Virus record (IMG/VR): IMGVR_UViG_3300020411_003715
Coordinates: 96,001-160,000 of that record
Length of the DNA: 64,000 nucleotides
Strand: one strand, 5' to 3'
Source: a virus
A program made the translations under genes and the position numbers. Positions 37,601-46,728 of this stretch are shown here, one piece after another. The notes beneath the pieces are model-generated. The model searched no databases, was not told the DNA's origin, and saw only the letters and a program-made list of their open reading frames with translations. The stretch's first letter is position 1. Each line of letters begins with the position of its first letter.

Positions 37601-39729
37601 TAGACTCAGACGGGGCAATGGATACAGAGCCGGAGTTAGAGGTGACGACCCTCAAGCGGATGTGCTTCACGGTCGACGCCAGTATCAACCTGTCTGACTA
37701 CGGGACCGCTATCTACGACGTGCTAAAGCTTGAAGATATGGATGCCCCAAACAAGTACTGGTACGTTGAGGGGCTCACCAATGAGCATTGGCCCGTAGAC
37801 AGGTGGTTAGACTTCGCAGAGGAAGCTGTACCAAACGTTCCGGCTGGCGGCTTAAAGGTTACTGTGAACCCGAACGGCTATTTGCGTACCGTCGATGGCG
37901 CGGTACCCACGCCTATTGACTTAAGGGCCCACCTAAAAAATGGAGATAAGATTTTCGAGGACACTCATGGAGGCTTGGGCACTGTTAAGGAATTGGTGTA
38001 CGACCCCAATACGGGCAACTCGGACATCTACTTCTCTGGAGACTTCCAGCCCAATATTGAGCTAACCCTACTGTTCAAGAGAAAGGGCACAAACAATAAG
38101 CTCATCTTGGACAGAGAGCAGGCGCTACCAGCTTCGGTGGGAGGGCTCAGATTTACGCTTGGGCATCCGTCGATTGGTACGGGGCGGGTATTTTTCAAAG
38201 AGCCTACTTTCTTTGAGGCCGGACCGGACACGGTGTTTACGTACAAAGACCAGGAGACGAACAAGGAGTGGTACCTCAGACCCTCTCCGGCAGAAAGTGC
38301 GACTATCTACAAGAGCCCCCAGACCCAGACAGACGTTAAGTTAAACAAAGCAGACCCGGAAAACGGAACAAGGAAGCTCACGTCTAGAGAGGTCGACTTC
38401 TTCAAGCACAACATTAAGCCAGGAGACAAACTTAGGATTTCATCCGATGTATTGTGGTCCAGGGCGTTTATGTCCGGGCTTGAGGAGGATAAAAACCTGA
38501 TGGTGGCGGGCAAGACATTGGCCATGTCCATCGATGGTTCCGTGAGAACGTGCACTTTTTCCGGTCCGAACCCAATGACTCTTGATGATGTCGTTGCAGA
38601 CATAAATCGACAGCTTGGGGACGCGGTCCTTGCGGACGTGTTCCAGTACAACGCTTCAGACAAGGTCGGGCCGGGGGTTGCAGAAGAAGAGGTCAACGGT
38701 CCCGGGTACCGAATAAGACTGTTCTCCGCTAAGGATATAAACCTTCTAACTCAGGGTACAATAGGGATATTGTCGAGTCTTGGGTTTGACGACCCATCCG
38801 AGCGGGATAACACGCCTGATCCGCAACTCATTCGGGAGTATACAGTCTCCAGGCTTCTTTACTCTCCGGCTGTGGCGGACGTCCCTGCAGAGTACAGTAT
38901 CCTTCTCACCCAAGACTCAACACAAGATAGTCTTCAAAACTACGCCTTGGGCAGTTTGGCAAGCAACAAAGACCTTCTTGATGACGGGATCTGGGATAGG
39001 TACTACGATCTTCTTTTTATCGAGGTCTACAGAGAGAAGTACCAAAGAGTATACCCAGCAGATCTAACTCTTGGTGATGACGGGCTATATTATACAGACA
39101 TAAGGCTGACGTCTTATGATGCCAACACGTCGACAGGAATTGTCCCAGACGAGTCTGCACTAACCCCAACCAACTACGATTCGCTTGGTTACGAGATTGT
39201 AGTGAGCAACACTAACTACTCTTACAGCGTTGGTGAGGACTCAAGCATACGAGTAACCAGCGTTGCGCTAAGCAAGACGGCCACCAGCTTTGAAACTGTT
39301 TATGAGGTTGCGGCGGCAAACGTGACACTGTCTTACGAGCAGTCTGACCTCGTACAGTCTGCACAGACGTTTATGCTGCAACCGTTTACTAGGGTGGTGT
39401 GCAACAACCCGTTGGTGAGACATTACTTGCCGGCTTACCCAATAGCCTCCATCTCACACACAGGCCCACGGTCCAACGCCCTGGTTAAGGATGACCTCGC
39501 GACATTCTTCTCTTCGCTTTACCCGAATAAGCCCTTGGAGGTCTCAGATCTGCTAGGCGTTCTTCAGTCCGGGGGCTCCACGTATATCAAGCTGCCGCAG
39601 GAAGCTGCGTTCCTTGTGCATGACGAGAGCAGAAGGCTTAAGGTGGTCAGAGGTAAGGATGTAATTGTATTAGGAACGCAGTACCACATCATGGAGGACA
39701 TCTCTATGGTTAAGGTAAACGGGGAGTAG
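31657..39729 (+). CDS. Giant baseplate J/gp6-like wedge protein
   Basis: N-terminal DVNSPGSVLRDVL...ARGTVRVFF...ANIGRNQI...VTNQSAMSGGITLETNEAFLERA; J-like C-terminus FFSSLYPNKPLEVSDLLGVL. Confidence 0.75.
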   Translation: MADSSLKRFMIERMLDLDPTLSEDEGSIMYTKVIDPLIARLGVDPVSVDVETFIMTRLANDFPELDVNSPGSVLRDVLVSPLVLLLEPLRREIFFLKTQNSLAAGSSLTEDEMDALLSNVLSERKYGAHARGTVRVFFNSAKTISVDSSIVFSTADGINFHPEQPEVFYPENFTRSGNLWFVDIGIRSSEADISANIGRNQIKFVSGLADVTRVTNQSAMSGGITLETNEAFLERAERSLSERSLNTDRGIETELYNNFTDLVSVTVVGFGDEEMQRDILKGTLDTSSSEKVGPLAFMTADWATIEVISGNLSGGFENGFPFTNTIVLKGPFTGDEKAKILSAKYLTISEGTQYYNNTLLGRVRVISEVSEHPNTQDIYIKTSDFEVYPQPANLYSSGTSVPVLGRTDAAHHGLNKHSWQGSEFKLIGGSEDIDYVTGAHLPFTDHIDTDFDFIDIPPSVIPGRDFLVISSEEEFLGSGDTSEWSSKIRTFPLLKYYGNDDLGIGRSDSFMVSKKRILYKGQAEYDFDPNIEYSASREHIHVLDFGGPKLSALGDAQYGDDVYSQEVYGGSEKEDYGRRPGVALEGKKVNAVSKYSAPLDGEITTQNHDALPQECDIILHQSQSPWSTRGIVEGDYIACTAYRTNFAGTPYRGELSNAGGAMAWQAWGKVKKVGMGSPWRLRAEGLDWRPLHKEGVLDFSPVNMCTVTIDKPFEHFSHRCQSTRGFAENIGSGTQANPTNTILGVLGWNADPGNGGHVETRSMAAFWVAERHSDNTLISGYISPVDGNPFYSFANYNNALMDGAQPFWEALGNTHDIIPYSNGCTREDWVDENGNWSGQYGRYTVSINENDFRAQWNALPWFDNNNVQVKWFRITTSITTHANETFEIHTVLSNTGPANNVWSANPLQKFLYALATNARYGRRFKYFPANTWPAQVGDWDPALEVPLGPANDKWFTDDTVGDTGDPQTAFTGSGGFSMRSMMYHALVNDWTWSMTLEETDDFDNGPWVVANGQDLSSFGFSATSGNFEGATSPSTYAHANALVNSINMCPWNLDAVHGGLSTDRTLRASIAPGYEPDGPINIILKSGKGSDGLITKEIWSFDLRSNDTGYPPMADGRPDLWNFFNRSGAGNPSLDIPVAAQADYIHVGLWNGPMVFTGQPALAGEVNIGHPYRNVNGGFSGGFGPRKQVFGIERVSPTNPPAASMLPAFSYIAPGDTEHDPTKIGYEFLGSMVAEGGNAVGAPPTFNLDTNEFIFSLNNFPIAEPTNEDDDGVSPEYTSRAGVRVVMKISLPGPVEAVAPNAGKPATVDMLLAFRDDGNGKMILDPEWDTTDQTGFYFDANAASGYAWQDWLDEEKSEVNYVSGQVKLVFKKDHQFSFPSWSGFNHDPINLSGVRSYSVDNVDVSAKQPAFYAGYVYIDKPYRLFWTAYRGMRELLTPQGYTVPSYDDFAFLPAHRRPSQENPIHTTMPSGYVGDGWDSGSENVFTNYHLNDTSNRCKMVWLRLGKPFDANHPSIGGTPYEKCFSSEFVSLSGETIPFTDLGWVPNEEIGYTKLRYKEGVLDIDIGSGALDTKVILTPMSLPLVGGSTKISDIEKGLSDSNLLNVSTSDAPEPNEKGMSGFLIPHPMGSAYDMHTDHFGAGKPMTTGDKLEHQVVNLYSAVPADAGGQTLTISDMPGGVPFPDIFTFNPVKIPNDTVHIGGMTDVYVKSGSITERSSAEIKIQPEAPIQSFEEGGQIVFEGSDGIINCSINQSHFDSPTLIAELSSLYGSAPRPLDNLVVEILDPPTTEIQPVFFRAVHTTDTGVKIDGEFPASLGLGFEQLRFRVLKECATNLVEPLIILKQGTDLVVKKNEMTAWSPSGYNFADNPENITIYLHIDSDIAYGEYEVTGINLNNLVLDKAFSESGSGLSYRIYKKQGAGLAMPIVRVKEVSLSGDSEGVNVPYRHPVDVQSSDFAGLNDDPINEDTLGISGGYLTLEEVDLDSDGAMDTEPELEVTTLKRMCFTVDASINLSDYGTAIYDVLKLEDMDAPNKYWYVEGLTNEHWPVDRWLDFAEEAVPNVPAGGLKVTVNPNGYLRTVDGAVPTPIDLRAHLKNGDKIFEDTHGGLGTVKELVYDPNTGNSDIYFSGDFQPNIELTLLFKRKGTNNKLILDREQALPASVGGLRFTLGHPSIGTGRVFFKEPTFFEAGPDTVFTYKDQETNKEWYLRPSPAESATIYKSPQTQTDVKLNKADPENGTRKLTSREVDFFKHNIKPGDKLRISSDVLWSRAFMSGLEEDKNLMVAGKTLAMSIDGSVRTCTFSGPNPMTLDDVVADINRQLGDAVLADVFQYNASDKVGPGVAEEEVNGPGYRIRLFSAKDINLLTQGTIGILSSLGFDDPSERDNTPDPQLIREYTVSRLLYSPAVADVPAEYSILLTQDSTQDSLQNYALGSLASNKDLLDDGIWDRYYDLLFIEVYREKYQRVYPADLTLGDDGLYYTDIRLTSYDANTSTGIVPDESALTPTNYDSLGYEIVVSNTNYSYSVGEDSSIRVTSVALSKTATSFETVYEVAAANVTLSYEQSDLVQSAQTFMLQPFTRVVCNNPLVRHYLPAYPIASISHTGPRSNALVKDDLATFFSSLYPNKPLEVSDLLGVLQSGGSTYIKLPQEAAFLVHDESRRLKVVRGKDVIVLGTQYHIMEDISMVKVNGE

Positions 39730-39731
39730 TT

Positions 39732-42700
39732 ATGCCGTTACCTACGTCAGAAAAGTGGGGGCTCCTAGACTACACGTTTAGAGCGTCGGACGCAGAGGTC
39801 AGCGCCACTGGTGCACGCCTCTTGTCGGACTCGGAGTTCAATGTAGACCCCATGTCCTTCATACAGTTTCCAAACGTCGTTATCGAGGATGGTTATGCCA
39901 CTTTCGTTGCTAGCGGCAATGCGGAAGCGTCCATTAAGGATGTAAGCTCTTTGATCCTCTCAGAAGAAATTTCTGGCGGGATACCGGAGAACTTCACACT
40001 AGAGTTCGAGATATTTCTGACGGAAAATCTACCCCTTCAGGCGTCAAATGTTAACAACCGCATCTTTGTTGGTGCCACCAATGCGCAGGGGTATTCGGCG
40101 GGGTTTATCTTTTCTAGGGAGGGGATCCACCTAGCCTCCAGACCAGAGGACCCGGTCCCTATGGTTCTGGCAGGAACAAAAGATCTTTTATTTAATAGCG
40201 ATGGTTCGCTGGTGGACGGGGTCTGCATCCGGGCAGTGATAAGCCAAGACGACGGTCGCCTGTTCATGTACGCGTCGTCTTCGTCCGGAGCATACGTGTC
40301 GGACAAGAATATTACTGACGCAGAACTGTACGCATCGGTAGCTGCGCGAGAGGCATCCCCCCTGCATACCGACTCGGTGATTGTATATGGGTCTGCGTGT
40401 TCGGTGGCTAAGCAGGTAGAGCTTAACTTAGACCTGAACCCGGAAGACTTGGTTCACCAAGAGTCAATCTTCTCAATAGGGTCATTGAGACTATCAGGCC
40501 AGAAAACATACCCGATAGACAGGCCTACGGCCTCAGCGTTCGGGGAAACCCAAGTTGTTATTGGAACGGCCACGGTTTTATCCGGGATAAACAGTTCGGA
40601 CAAGATGCACCGACCTCTCACGTATAAGTGGGAGCTAGACGTGGTCCCTGAGGGGAGCAAGGCGAAACTCCAAGGGTCAAGCAACTCTAGGTGCTTAATC
40701 CCTGTCCAGGTTGAAAACCCGGGCCCAGGTGATCCGGCAACCGCTAATGCATTGGCGTTAGTGTTCCAGGACCCCAAGTCCGAGCACAACAGCTACAAGA
40801 CAGTGCTATCGGTTGGGCCCGTGGGCTCCTCACTGTCGATGGAATTAGACACTAATAAAAAGACCTTAAACATTTACTTGGAGTCTACAGCAGATGGCGA
40901 CTCGGCAACCACGGTCACAGAGCTTGCCTCCGCCTTCTCCGACCCTCTCAGTGCCGGCTACAGCCTGCAAATCTCCGGGGGCGAAGACTTGTCTACGGGG
41001 ATCATATACCCACGGGTCTTGTCTGCGTTTGTTTCTCCTAGCGGGGTCACGAATGGTCACGAGATAGTTCATCCTGGGGAGCACAGCTTTACTCGCGGCG
41101 TAGGGTCTTCTGTGGCGAAGCCTGTTTTCATACCGGATGTTCCTGGGACATACATGATCAGCCTTGTGGTCAATAATGGCCTCAGAGACAGCGCGAAGTC
41201 CATGGTAGTGCTAACAGCTACAGTGACAGAGCAGCTTTTAGGCCATAGGCCCCAGTCAAACTATATTTTTAAGTATCTTCCGGATTTCTGGAAAATGGTA
41301 CAGGACAAGGAGATGCTCCCTTCGGTATGGTCCGCTATCACGCAGGTAATCTCTTCTGAGCTAGTATCAGCTTGGCAAAATGACTACGCAAAAGCACTGA
41401 AGGATATCTCTAGAAGGTACCAGCGACGGTGGCTAAGCTACCAGTGTCGAGTTGATGTGCCCGAGGACGTTACGACCAACTTGGTGTATCACGATGCCAG
41501 CGAGGCTGGTGTAGCACCGGACCCGCTTAGTGTATACCCAGTCCTAGATGGGACACACACGAAAACTTGTTATGTTGAGGGCTCCGAGAGCCTTCATCCC
41601 TTCACTGAGGGTTTTTCTGTTGTGTACAGCGCGATCGGCAAGCCCGAGGTGGCCGAGATCGTAAGCGTTGCCTATGAGGAGGCACACGGACGGTGGAAGG
41701 TCGATACTAGGCTTCAGTCATTCGCAGAGTACCAGATTCTCGGTGACCGGGCCGGGGGGTACTTCGTAAAAGACCCGGACATCATCTCACAGACAACCCC
41801 AGTCACGAGTAAAGTCTTCTACGATCCTACGTACACATTATCTAAAGTGGACGGGGTTACGGACAGGGTTCGGCTCAAGCTCCAAAATGGCGATGTTATC
41901 GTCACCAAGGTTGTTGAGCATAACCCGGGAGGGCTTAAGAATACGGTCCGCCTAGACCTGCCCAGCAGCCAAGACGTTAACGGCATCCCTAGAGAATGGG
42001 AGCACTTGCGGAAATCTGCGTACACGGCTCTGCGGCAAAGCGCCTACTTGGAGATTGGGTCCTCTTTCATGGTGTCCGCCTCCTTCGGAACGGGAGACTA
42101 TGCGGGCATATCTGTTATTGATCCATACACGTCCCTTCCCGTAACAATTACGCTCCCGATAATTGCTTTCGAAAGCAACAGGGTGTTCCTGCAGTGGGGG
42201 GACTTGATAGACGCCCTGAACGTTTCGGCAGACTACAATGGCGTGACTGACAAGAACTGGTCAGAGCAAAACCTCCCAGAGTTGTCTATTAAGCTTAAAT
42301 ACTTGGCTAGGCACAATAGAACCTTCCCTAAGGATGACCTCGTATCTGTCCCCACCATGGGGGCCAGCATCTCGAACCCGCTCTCGAAGAGGGAGAATTT
42401 TGACTACGTGGTCTCCGACAACGCGGTATCGCTAAAGAGCATGATCTCGGGGGTTCTTAATATCGAAGACGGGTCGGTGGTAACCATCCACCAGGACTCA
42501 ATATATCACCCAGGGCTAAACGATATTAAAGACGATCTTGCGGGTATGGAGATTTCAGACCTGCACGATGCTGGTATACGGAACATTGTTATAGAGGAAG
42601 GCCCTGCAGGCACGTACCCAATTATTGGTGCGGCCAAAGACATTGCTACGGGGAACCTGATGCTAGCCCTCAGCGTTCAGCCCAATGGTCACGGAAAGGT

Positions 42701-45700
42701 TACGCTGGACAAGGTTAAGTTCCACATCCCTATCCACTCTGCACAGGACCCGGGGCCGGAGCAGTATTGGGCGGAGATCTCGTATTTTGATAACTCTAGT
42801 ACGGTAGAGGGCAATTTCGGCCTTTTTGTCGGGTTCCCAGAGGAACTTGTTAAATCTTATGATGAAGACCTAGATTACCTCAGTGTCATTAAATCGCTCT
42901 GGTTCGCTTTTTTGAGCGGACCTCATTTTGAGAACATGAAACTGGGCGTGCAGGCGCTGTTCAACCTGCCGTACGCTGAGGTTGCCGGACAGGTCACCTA
43001 CATAAACCCGCCTACGAGCACGGAGGACGGGAAAATCGTCATGGTAGACGACCGTGGTCGGTCCTACACGTACACATACCCAGCAAATGCAAGCATCGCT
43101 ATCAATCCGAGTACGGGAAGAACGATAAGGCCCTTCGACATAGTAAGCGTGAAGGAGGAGGCCGCGCTCGATGATGAAAAGCGAGAGCAGCTAGAAGACT
43201 CTAAGGTTAAGGCTTTCACAAAACTAGTGGACGTGGTCCGAATCGATGACTACGTCTCAGACCCGGACCTTGTTAGCAGACAGCTTGGAGGAAACACAAG
43301 CTGGTACGTCGACGACGAGGGTGTAACCCAGTACATTGACGAGCCCCCTACCGTCGTCGAAAAGTATCACAAGTTTATTGTTGATGTGCCACTGGATGTA
43401 ACAAAGGGAACGCAAGTCTTCCCGCTTGTTAAGACCTTCCTGTCTGAGGCGAAGCCTGCCTACACAGATTTCATTCTATTAGGCTCTATAAGGCTGTCTG
43501 ACCAGATAAGCCTAGTAGAGGATCTGATCCTAAAGCCAACAGTCATCCTTAAAGATACACCACACACCTCCCCCTTCTGGGGCCTGTACGATGGGATGGG
43601 GAAGTCGTATCCAAAAATGCTCCCCGTGAGAGATGAGAACGGTGACCAACTACTGAGCCCCAACACGGGAGAACCCCTTTGGGTACAGGATTCCGTACAG
43701 CAGGCGGTTGTTCCCGAGACCCGGGAAAAACTGATATGGCCACACAACAAGACGACCCAGAAAGTGGCAATTGTTGATAATTTTGCCGTGGAAGAGCTTG
43801 CCTACTTGAAGCACTCGTTCCTTGATCTTGTGTTTCATGCAGCCGTAGACCCAGTAAAAGACGCGGACGACAACATCATAGTTAACCCGGACGGGGCGTT
43901 CCCAGACACTGACTTAACGGCCGCCGACCCGATGGGCGGAGGGCTCCTCTACACTAATAAAAGCCATATTTACGGAAGCTATACCGAGGTGTGGGACGGG
44001 GTTTCTGATTGGAAGGAACTCTATTTAACAGACCTCGGAAAGCAGATAGTAGAGGCCGGTGATATAGGGTTTTATATCAAGGGCTCCCCGTGGCTGTATT
44101 TTGCCAAAGTTGTCGGGGTGAGCTTTACCCAAGACGGTTTCGTTGGAGGGCCTATCGGCCTAAGGTTTACTCTCGGAGCTTTTTCCGGACACGGTTACCC
44201 TTTCAACACCAAAGAGATGGTTAGCACAGAGGCTATTTATTTCTTTGGGGACGGGGTCATAGGCGGGGACATCAAAGATCATCTGTGGGGGCAGGAGGTA
44301 ACGTACTGGGATTTTGGTGACGTAAAGGAGAAGTACGAGTCTGGATACTGCGAAGGGGTTCTCGACGACTACTCTGGAGACGCGTCATGGAACTCGAAAC
44401 GCAGAAGCCTTGATATGGTTAACTCGCTCAACTCAGATATAGATGTTTTGAGCAGTAAGATATGGGTGCCCGTTACAAAAGATGTCACAGTGCCAGACGC
44501 ACTAGAAACCGAGTTTATCACCGGGGAAGAGATAGACATTATGTGCGAAGGGGTGTTGGTGTCCGAACATGCCGAGTTCCAGGATAGCCACGTGGAATTC
44601 GAAGGCTGGGAATACACCATATGGGGAGACTCCCCTCCCGTGCTCATCCATTACGGAGCGGGCAGCCACCCTAAAATACCTTTTTCCGTAGATTCGCCAC
44701 AAAACGAGCACCCGAACTCATATATGGTTCTCGGCTTCGAGGCCGAATACATCAATCGCCCCACAGCTTTGAGCGGGGAGATTCATAACAACGGGACAAA
44801 GAGCTTGATGAACTATGGCCACGAGTCCCGCCTAGACGTCATCTCTAGGGTAGCCGGCGAGCTACAACATAAACCGGGCTTAGACCTTTCAGACATCACC
44901 CTCGTAGGCAGGCGAAGCGGGGCGGTGGCCAATCTTGCGCCAACGATGGACGGAGCACTCTGGCCAGATAGATCTAACCCAGAGCACGCGCCATACTTCA
45001 TGCTAGAGACCATATGGCAGACGGACAAGCTCATAGAGAATGGGCCGAAGGACACTACCGATATAATCGTCACCAAATACATCCCACTGGGCGGGATGGC
45101 GGTAGATGAGTTTCAGGCGAGCAGCTTTAATTTCTCCTCGATGGAAACGTCTTACTTGGAGAAGTGTTTTTTCCACGAGAAATTTATAGGGCTCGTATTA
45201 GACAGTGATAAATGGGAGGTTAACCCAAATGCGCCCGGGGATTGCGGAACAAAGCAGTCGCACCCTAATTTTAATGCCTACGTTTTCGACGGAGGCGCTG
45301 CGAACGAGCCCAGACGGCTTCAGCTAAAGAACCCGGTGAAGGGCCCTGTGGTCGTCCAGTACGTTTACGAGGCTATTAGTCTAGGGGTGCTGTATCTAAC
45401 GTACAGCACAGACAACGGGAACACCTGGGTCGCCCCCATAAACGTACACCAGCATCCAGATGTGTTTGGTGAGGCTTCGGCAACGATAAATGTTGAGGGA
45501 GATATTCTTCTGAGGTGGGGGTCCGATGTTCATAATGGGGCAGGCTCTAACAACTGGATGATTACTGACATAAAGATTTCTAAGGTAACCCAGCCGACTA
45601 ATCCAGACCCCACAAATTACCCCGATCCGCCAGCGCTAGCGGGGTTTGTGGCCGGAGAGCATCCCGGATGGGGGTGGGGAGGGAATCCGTTACTCCACAC

Positions 45701-46688
45701 CAAGTCTGTTTTTGATAGCGCTAACCTCAGAAAGGTGGCGCTAGAGGTGCAGCAGCACCCATGGGACCCAAACATCCCTATGGGCAAACAGCTAGTACCT
45801 AGCTTTAGCCCGGGCTTCTACTCTTGGCAGCAACCAACAAACCACTGGGCCGGAATCGCGCATGTGCAGCTGGATCCAAACGGTGTAATCACCCCTAACG
45901 TTTCTCACCCAAGTAGCGCCTTGATCTCTTGGGGATATAAGGAAGTTGGAAAGCTAACTGACGTTGAGACCGATTTTTGGGAGTTTGAAGCTGGGGCTGG
46001 GAATAGGGCCCTCCAGAACCTCCACATCGGTTTTAAGACTCGATGCGCGAAGGAACACCATTTTACACATGGCTTTACGGAGTTCTTCATTCCGCCTCCT
46101 AAGATTAAACTAATAGAGCCTTCTTCTTCTGCGTATGATATCAGGGTGGGGGGTTTTTATTTCTGCAATGATGATCCAACCCGAACCGAGGTGCCAACAA
46201 GTGACCCACTATCTTTTGATGGACAGATTGGCGGCTCGTACATCTTCTTCAGGAAGAGTGACTCCCAGGAAGAGTACCCTGTTACGGACTGGGTTTTTGA
46301 AACGGGAACTTGGGCTGGCAGGAACATTGTTCCTAAAGGCCGTCTTAACGATGGGACAACGACTTTCGTCGTCGGCAGAGATCCTGACCCGAATCAGCCC
46401 AACGACAATGGGCAGCGGAGCGACGGACATATTTACGAAATCAACATCCCCGCACTACAACAGGGTGGCGAGGGATATTACGATATCATAATTAGGAACT
46501 ATAGACCTTGGAAGATGCACGCAGCAGATCAGACAAAACGCATTAAGATGGATGAGGTAATTGTGGAAAAAGCGTATTACTATACTCCAGGCGGCTGGGG
46601 CGGAATTTCCTGGGGAACCGACTCCTGGGGAGGCGGAGAATCATTTCCGGGCATGCAGCAACCAAATGTCCAGGTAAACAACCCATGA
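39732..46688 (+). CDS. Large baseplate wedge (gp7/tail-I-position) protein with PKD-like and lectin-like insertions
   Basis: Directly follows J. PTASAFGETQV...LTYKWEL and FIPDVPGTYMISLVVNNG (PKD/REJ-like); LWFAFLSGPHFENMKLGVQALF; FLSEAKPAYTDF; Asp-box YSTDNGNTW. Confidence 0.6.
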   Translation: MPLPTSEKWGLLDYTFRASDAEVSATGARLLSDSEFNVDPMSFIQFPNVVIEDGYATFVASGNAEASIKDVSSLILSEEISGGIPENFTLEFEIFLTENLPLQASNVNNRIFVGATNAQGYSAGFIFSREGIHLASRPEDPVPMVLAGTKDLLFNSDGSLVDGVCIRAVISQDDGRLFMYASSSSGAYVSDKNITDAELYASVAAREASPLHTDSVIVYGSACSVAKQVELNLDLNPEDLVHQESIFSIGSLRLSGQKTYPIDRPTASAFGETQVVIGTATVLSGINSSDKMHRPLTYKWELDVVPEGSKAKLQGSSNSRCLIPVQVENPGPGDPATANALALVFQDPKSEHNSYKTVLSVGPVGSSLSMELDTNKKTLNIYLESTADGDSATTVTELASAFSDPLSAGYSLQISGGEDLSTGIIYPRVLSAFVSPSGVTNGHEIVHPGEHSFTRGVGSSVAKPVFIPDVPGTYMISLVVNNGLRDSAKSMVVLTATVTEQLLGHRPQSNYIFKYLPDFWKMVQDKEMLPSVWSAITQVISSELVSAWQNDYAKALKDISRRYQRRWLSYQCRVDVPEDVTTNLVYHDASEAGVAPDPLSVYPVLDGTHTKTCYVEGSESLHPFTEGFSVVYSAIGKPEVAEIVSVAYEEAHGRWKVDTRLQSFAEYQILGDRAGGYFVKDPDIISQTTPVTSKVFYDPTYTLSKVDGVTDRVRLKLQNGDVIVTKVVEHNPGGLKNTVRLDLPSSQDVNGIPREWEHLRKSAYTALRQSAYLEIGSSFMVSASFGTGDYAGISVIDPYTSLPVTITLPIIAFESNRVFLQWGDLIDALNVSADYNGVTDKNWSEQNLPELSIKLKYLARHNRTFPKDDLVSVPTMGASISNPLSKRENFDYVVSDNAVSLKSMISGVLNIEDGSVVTIHQDSIYHPGLNDIKDDLAGMEISDLHDAGIRNIVIEEGPAGTYPIIGAAKDIATGNLMLALSVQPNGHGKVTLDKVKFHIPIHSAQDPGPEQYWAEISYFDNSSTVEGNFGLFVGFPEELVKSYDEDLDYLSVIKSLWFAFLSGPHFENMKLGVQALFNLPYAEVAGQVTYINPPTSTEDGKIVMVDDRGRSYTYTYPANASIAINPSTGRTIRPFDIVSVKEEAALDDEKREQLEDSKVKAFTKLVDVVRIDDYVSDPDLVSRQLGGNTSWYVDDEGVTQYIDEPPTVVEKYHKFIVDVPLDVTKGTQVFPLVKTFLSEAKPAYTDFILLGSIRLSDQISLVEDLILKPTVILKDTPHTSPFWGLYDGMGKSYPKMLPVRDENGDQLLSPNTGEPLWVQDSVQQAVVPETREKLIWPHNKTTQKVAIVDNFAVEELAYLKHSFLDLVFHAAVDPVKDADDNIIVNPDGAFPDTDLTAADPMGGGLLYTNKSHIYGSYTEVWDGVSDWKELYLTDLGKQIVEAGDIGFYIKGSPWLYFAKVVGVSFTQDGFVGGPIGLRFTLGAFSGHGYPFNTKEMVSTEAIYFFGDGVIGGDIKDHLWGQEVTYWDFGDVKEKYESGYCEGVLDDYSGDASWNSKRRSLDMVNSLNSDIDVLSSKIWVPVTKDVTVPDALETEFITGEEIDIMCEGVLVSEHAEFQDSHVEFEGWEYTIWGDSPPVLIHYGAGSHPKIPFSVDSPQNEHPNSYMVLGFEAEYINRPTALSGEIHNNGTKSLMNYGHESRLDVISRVAGELQHKPGLDLSDITLVGRRSGAVANLAPTMDGALWPDRSNPEHAPYFMLETIWQTDKLIENGPKDTTDIIVTKYIPLGGMAVDEFQASSFNFSSMETSYLEKCFFHEKFIGLVLDSDKWEVNPNAPGDCGTKQSHPNFNAYVFDGGAANEPRRLQLKNPVKGPVVVQYVYEAISLGVLYLTYSTDNGNTWVAPINVHQHPDVFGEASATINVEGDILLRWGSDVHNGAGSNNWMITDIKISKVTQPTNPDPTNYPDPPALAGFVAGEHPGWGWGGNPLLHTKSVFDSANLRKVALEVQQHPWDPNIPMGKQLVPSFSPGFYSWQQPTNHWAGIAHVQLDPNGVITPNVSHPSSALISWGYKEVGKLTDVETDFWEFEAGAGNRALQNLHIGFKTRCAKEHHFTHGFTEFFIPPPKIKLIEPSSSAYDIRVGGFYFCNDDPTRTEVPTSDPLSFDGQIGGSYIFFRKSDSQEEYPVTDWVFETGTWAGRNIVPKGRLNDGTTTFVVGRDPDPNQPNDNGQRSDGHIYEINIPALQQGGEGYYDIIIRNYRPWKMHAADQTKRIKMDEVIVEKAYYYTPGGWGGISWGTDSWGGGESFPGMQQPNVQVNNP

Positions 46689-46728
46689 GTTTTTCGCTGA
46701 TCGGGCTGGGTCGTAGGAGAGAGTTATA

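Noticed and set aside
31657-46688. Inteins or introns explaining the giant baseplate proteins
   Set aside because: No C-x...H-N-[CST] splice junctions or LAGLIDADG/HNH motifs recognised by eye; a profile search would be needed to be sure.
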